Origin: Spizellomyces punctatus DAOM BR117
Lineage: Eukaryota
DNA length: 64,000 bases
Reading direction: 5' to 3' (one strand)
Assembly: GCA_000182565.2 (NCBI GenBank)
Contig: KQ257456.1
The notes beneath the pieces are model-generated. The model was not told where the DNA came from, did not search any database, and saw nothing but the letters and a program-made list of their open reading frames with translations. The number at the start of each line of letters is the position of its first letter. Positions within the stretch are counted from its first letter, which is position 1. A program made the translations under genes and the position numbers. Shown one piece after another: positions 63,656-64,000 of the stretch.

Positions 63656-64000
63656 ATGAAGCCAGCATTGGAAGGGAAAGCGTTACATGGGACTCCCATT
63701 GCCGTCGGATCTACATCTGGAGAATTGAGGTCCTCGGAGGTGAAAAGGATCAAAGGAGCCAAGTCCTTAGGAAGTATAAGCAGTCTACATTCGACAGATA
63801 GATTTGAAAGCACAAATCGTCTACATGGAAAAGGAGGGGGATCATCAAGATCTGTACGAAGTGTGTCGCGCGACTCACTTTCTGAAAACATCCCTAGAAC
63901 TCCTTCACGAGGTCGATTGACCAAAAGCAGAAGAGAGTTAAGCCAATCAACATCGAAGAGCAATTTAGGCTCGCAAACAGAGAGATCTACTTCAAAGGGC
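63656..64000 (+). CDS. 5' part of a Ser/Arg-rich protein gene, truncated by the window end
   Basis: Open frame MKPALEGKALHGTP...TERSTSKG with no stop before 64000; divergent from the centrin-like gene. Confidence 0.55.
   Translation, partial: MKPALEGKALHGTPIAVGSTSGELRSSEVKRIKGAKSLGSISSLHSTDRFESTNRLHGKGGGSSRSVRSVSRDSLSENIPRTPSRGRLTKSRRELSQSTSKSNLGSQTERSTSKG

Noticed and set aside
63610-63963. 117-aa - strand ORF
   Set aside because: It is the antisense shadow of the open + strand frame starting at 63656.

Overview
Intron-rich eukaryotic genomic DNA with short GT-AG introns and compact gene spacing. It most likely comes from a zoosporic (chytrid-like) fungus, inferred from fungal-type genes sitting beside flagellum-associated EVG1/UPF0193 and centrin-like genes. 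About 26 protein genes are present: a HAL/NPR-type kinase, a GW/WG-repeat multi-RRM protein, HVA22/REEP, PRR11-like, a small Hab1/Ybr285w-like protein, a coiled-coil protein, PTR2, a Ctr copper transporter, FAM104/VCF-like, Hva1-TUDOR, F-box, DUF3712, PTS2 citrate synthase, a MASE1 hybrid histidine kinase, RASSF-like, EVG1, CBM12-DM9, MHYT, LIM, BYE1, G6PD, a C2H2 factor, centrin-like and a truncated gene. One tRNA-Gly(GCC) is also present. No CRISPR array or recognisable transposon was found. The most notable signal is an ORF-less, TATA-driven unit folding into a ~40-bp pre-miRNA-like hairpin (9850-9973). It lies head-to-head with a gene whose N-terminus looks like a GW182-type Argonaute hook. 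Two further TATA-driven structured units with a shared motif flank the C2H2 gene. Gene spans include introns; exon models were read by eye and family calls come from motif recognition, not database searches.
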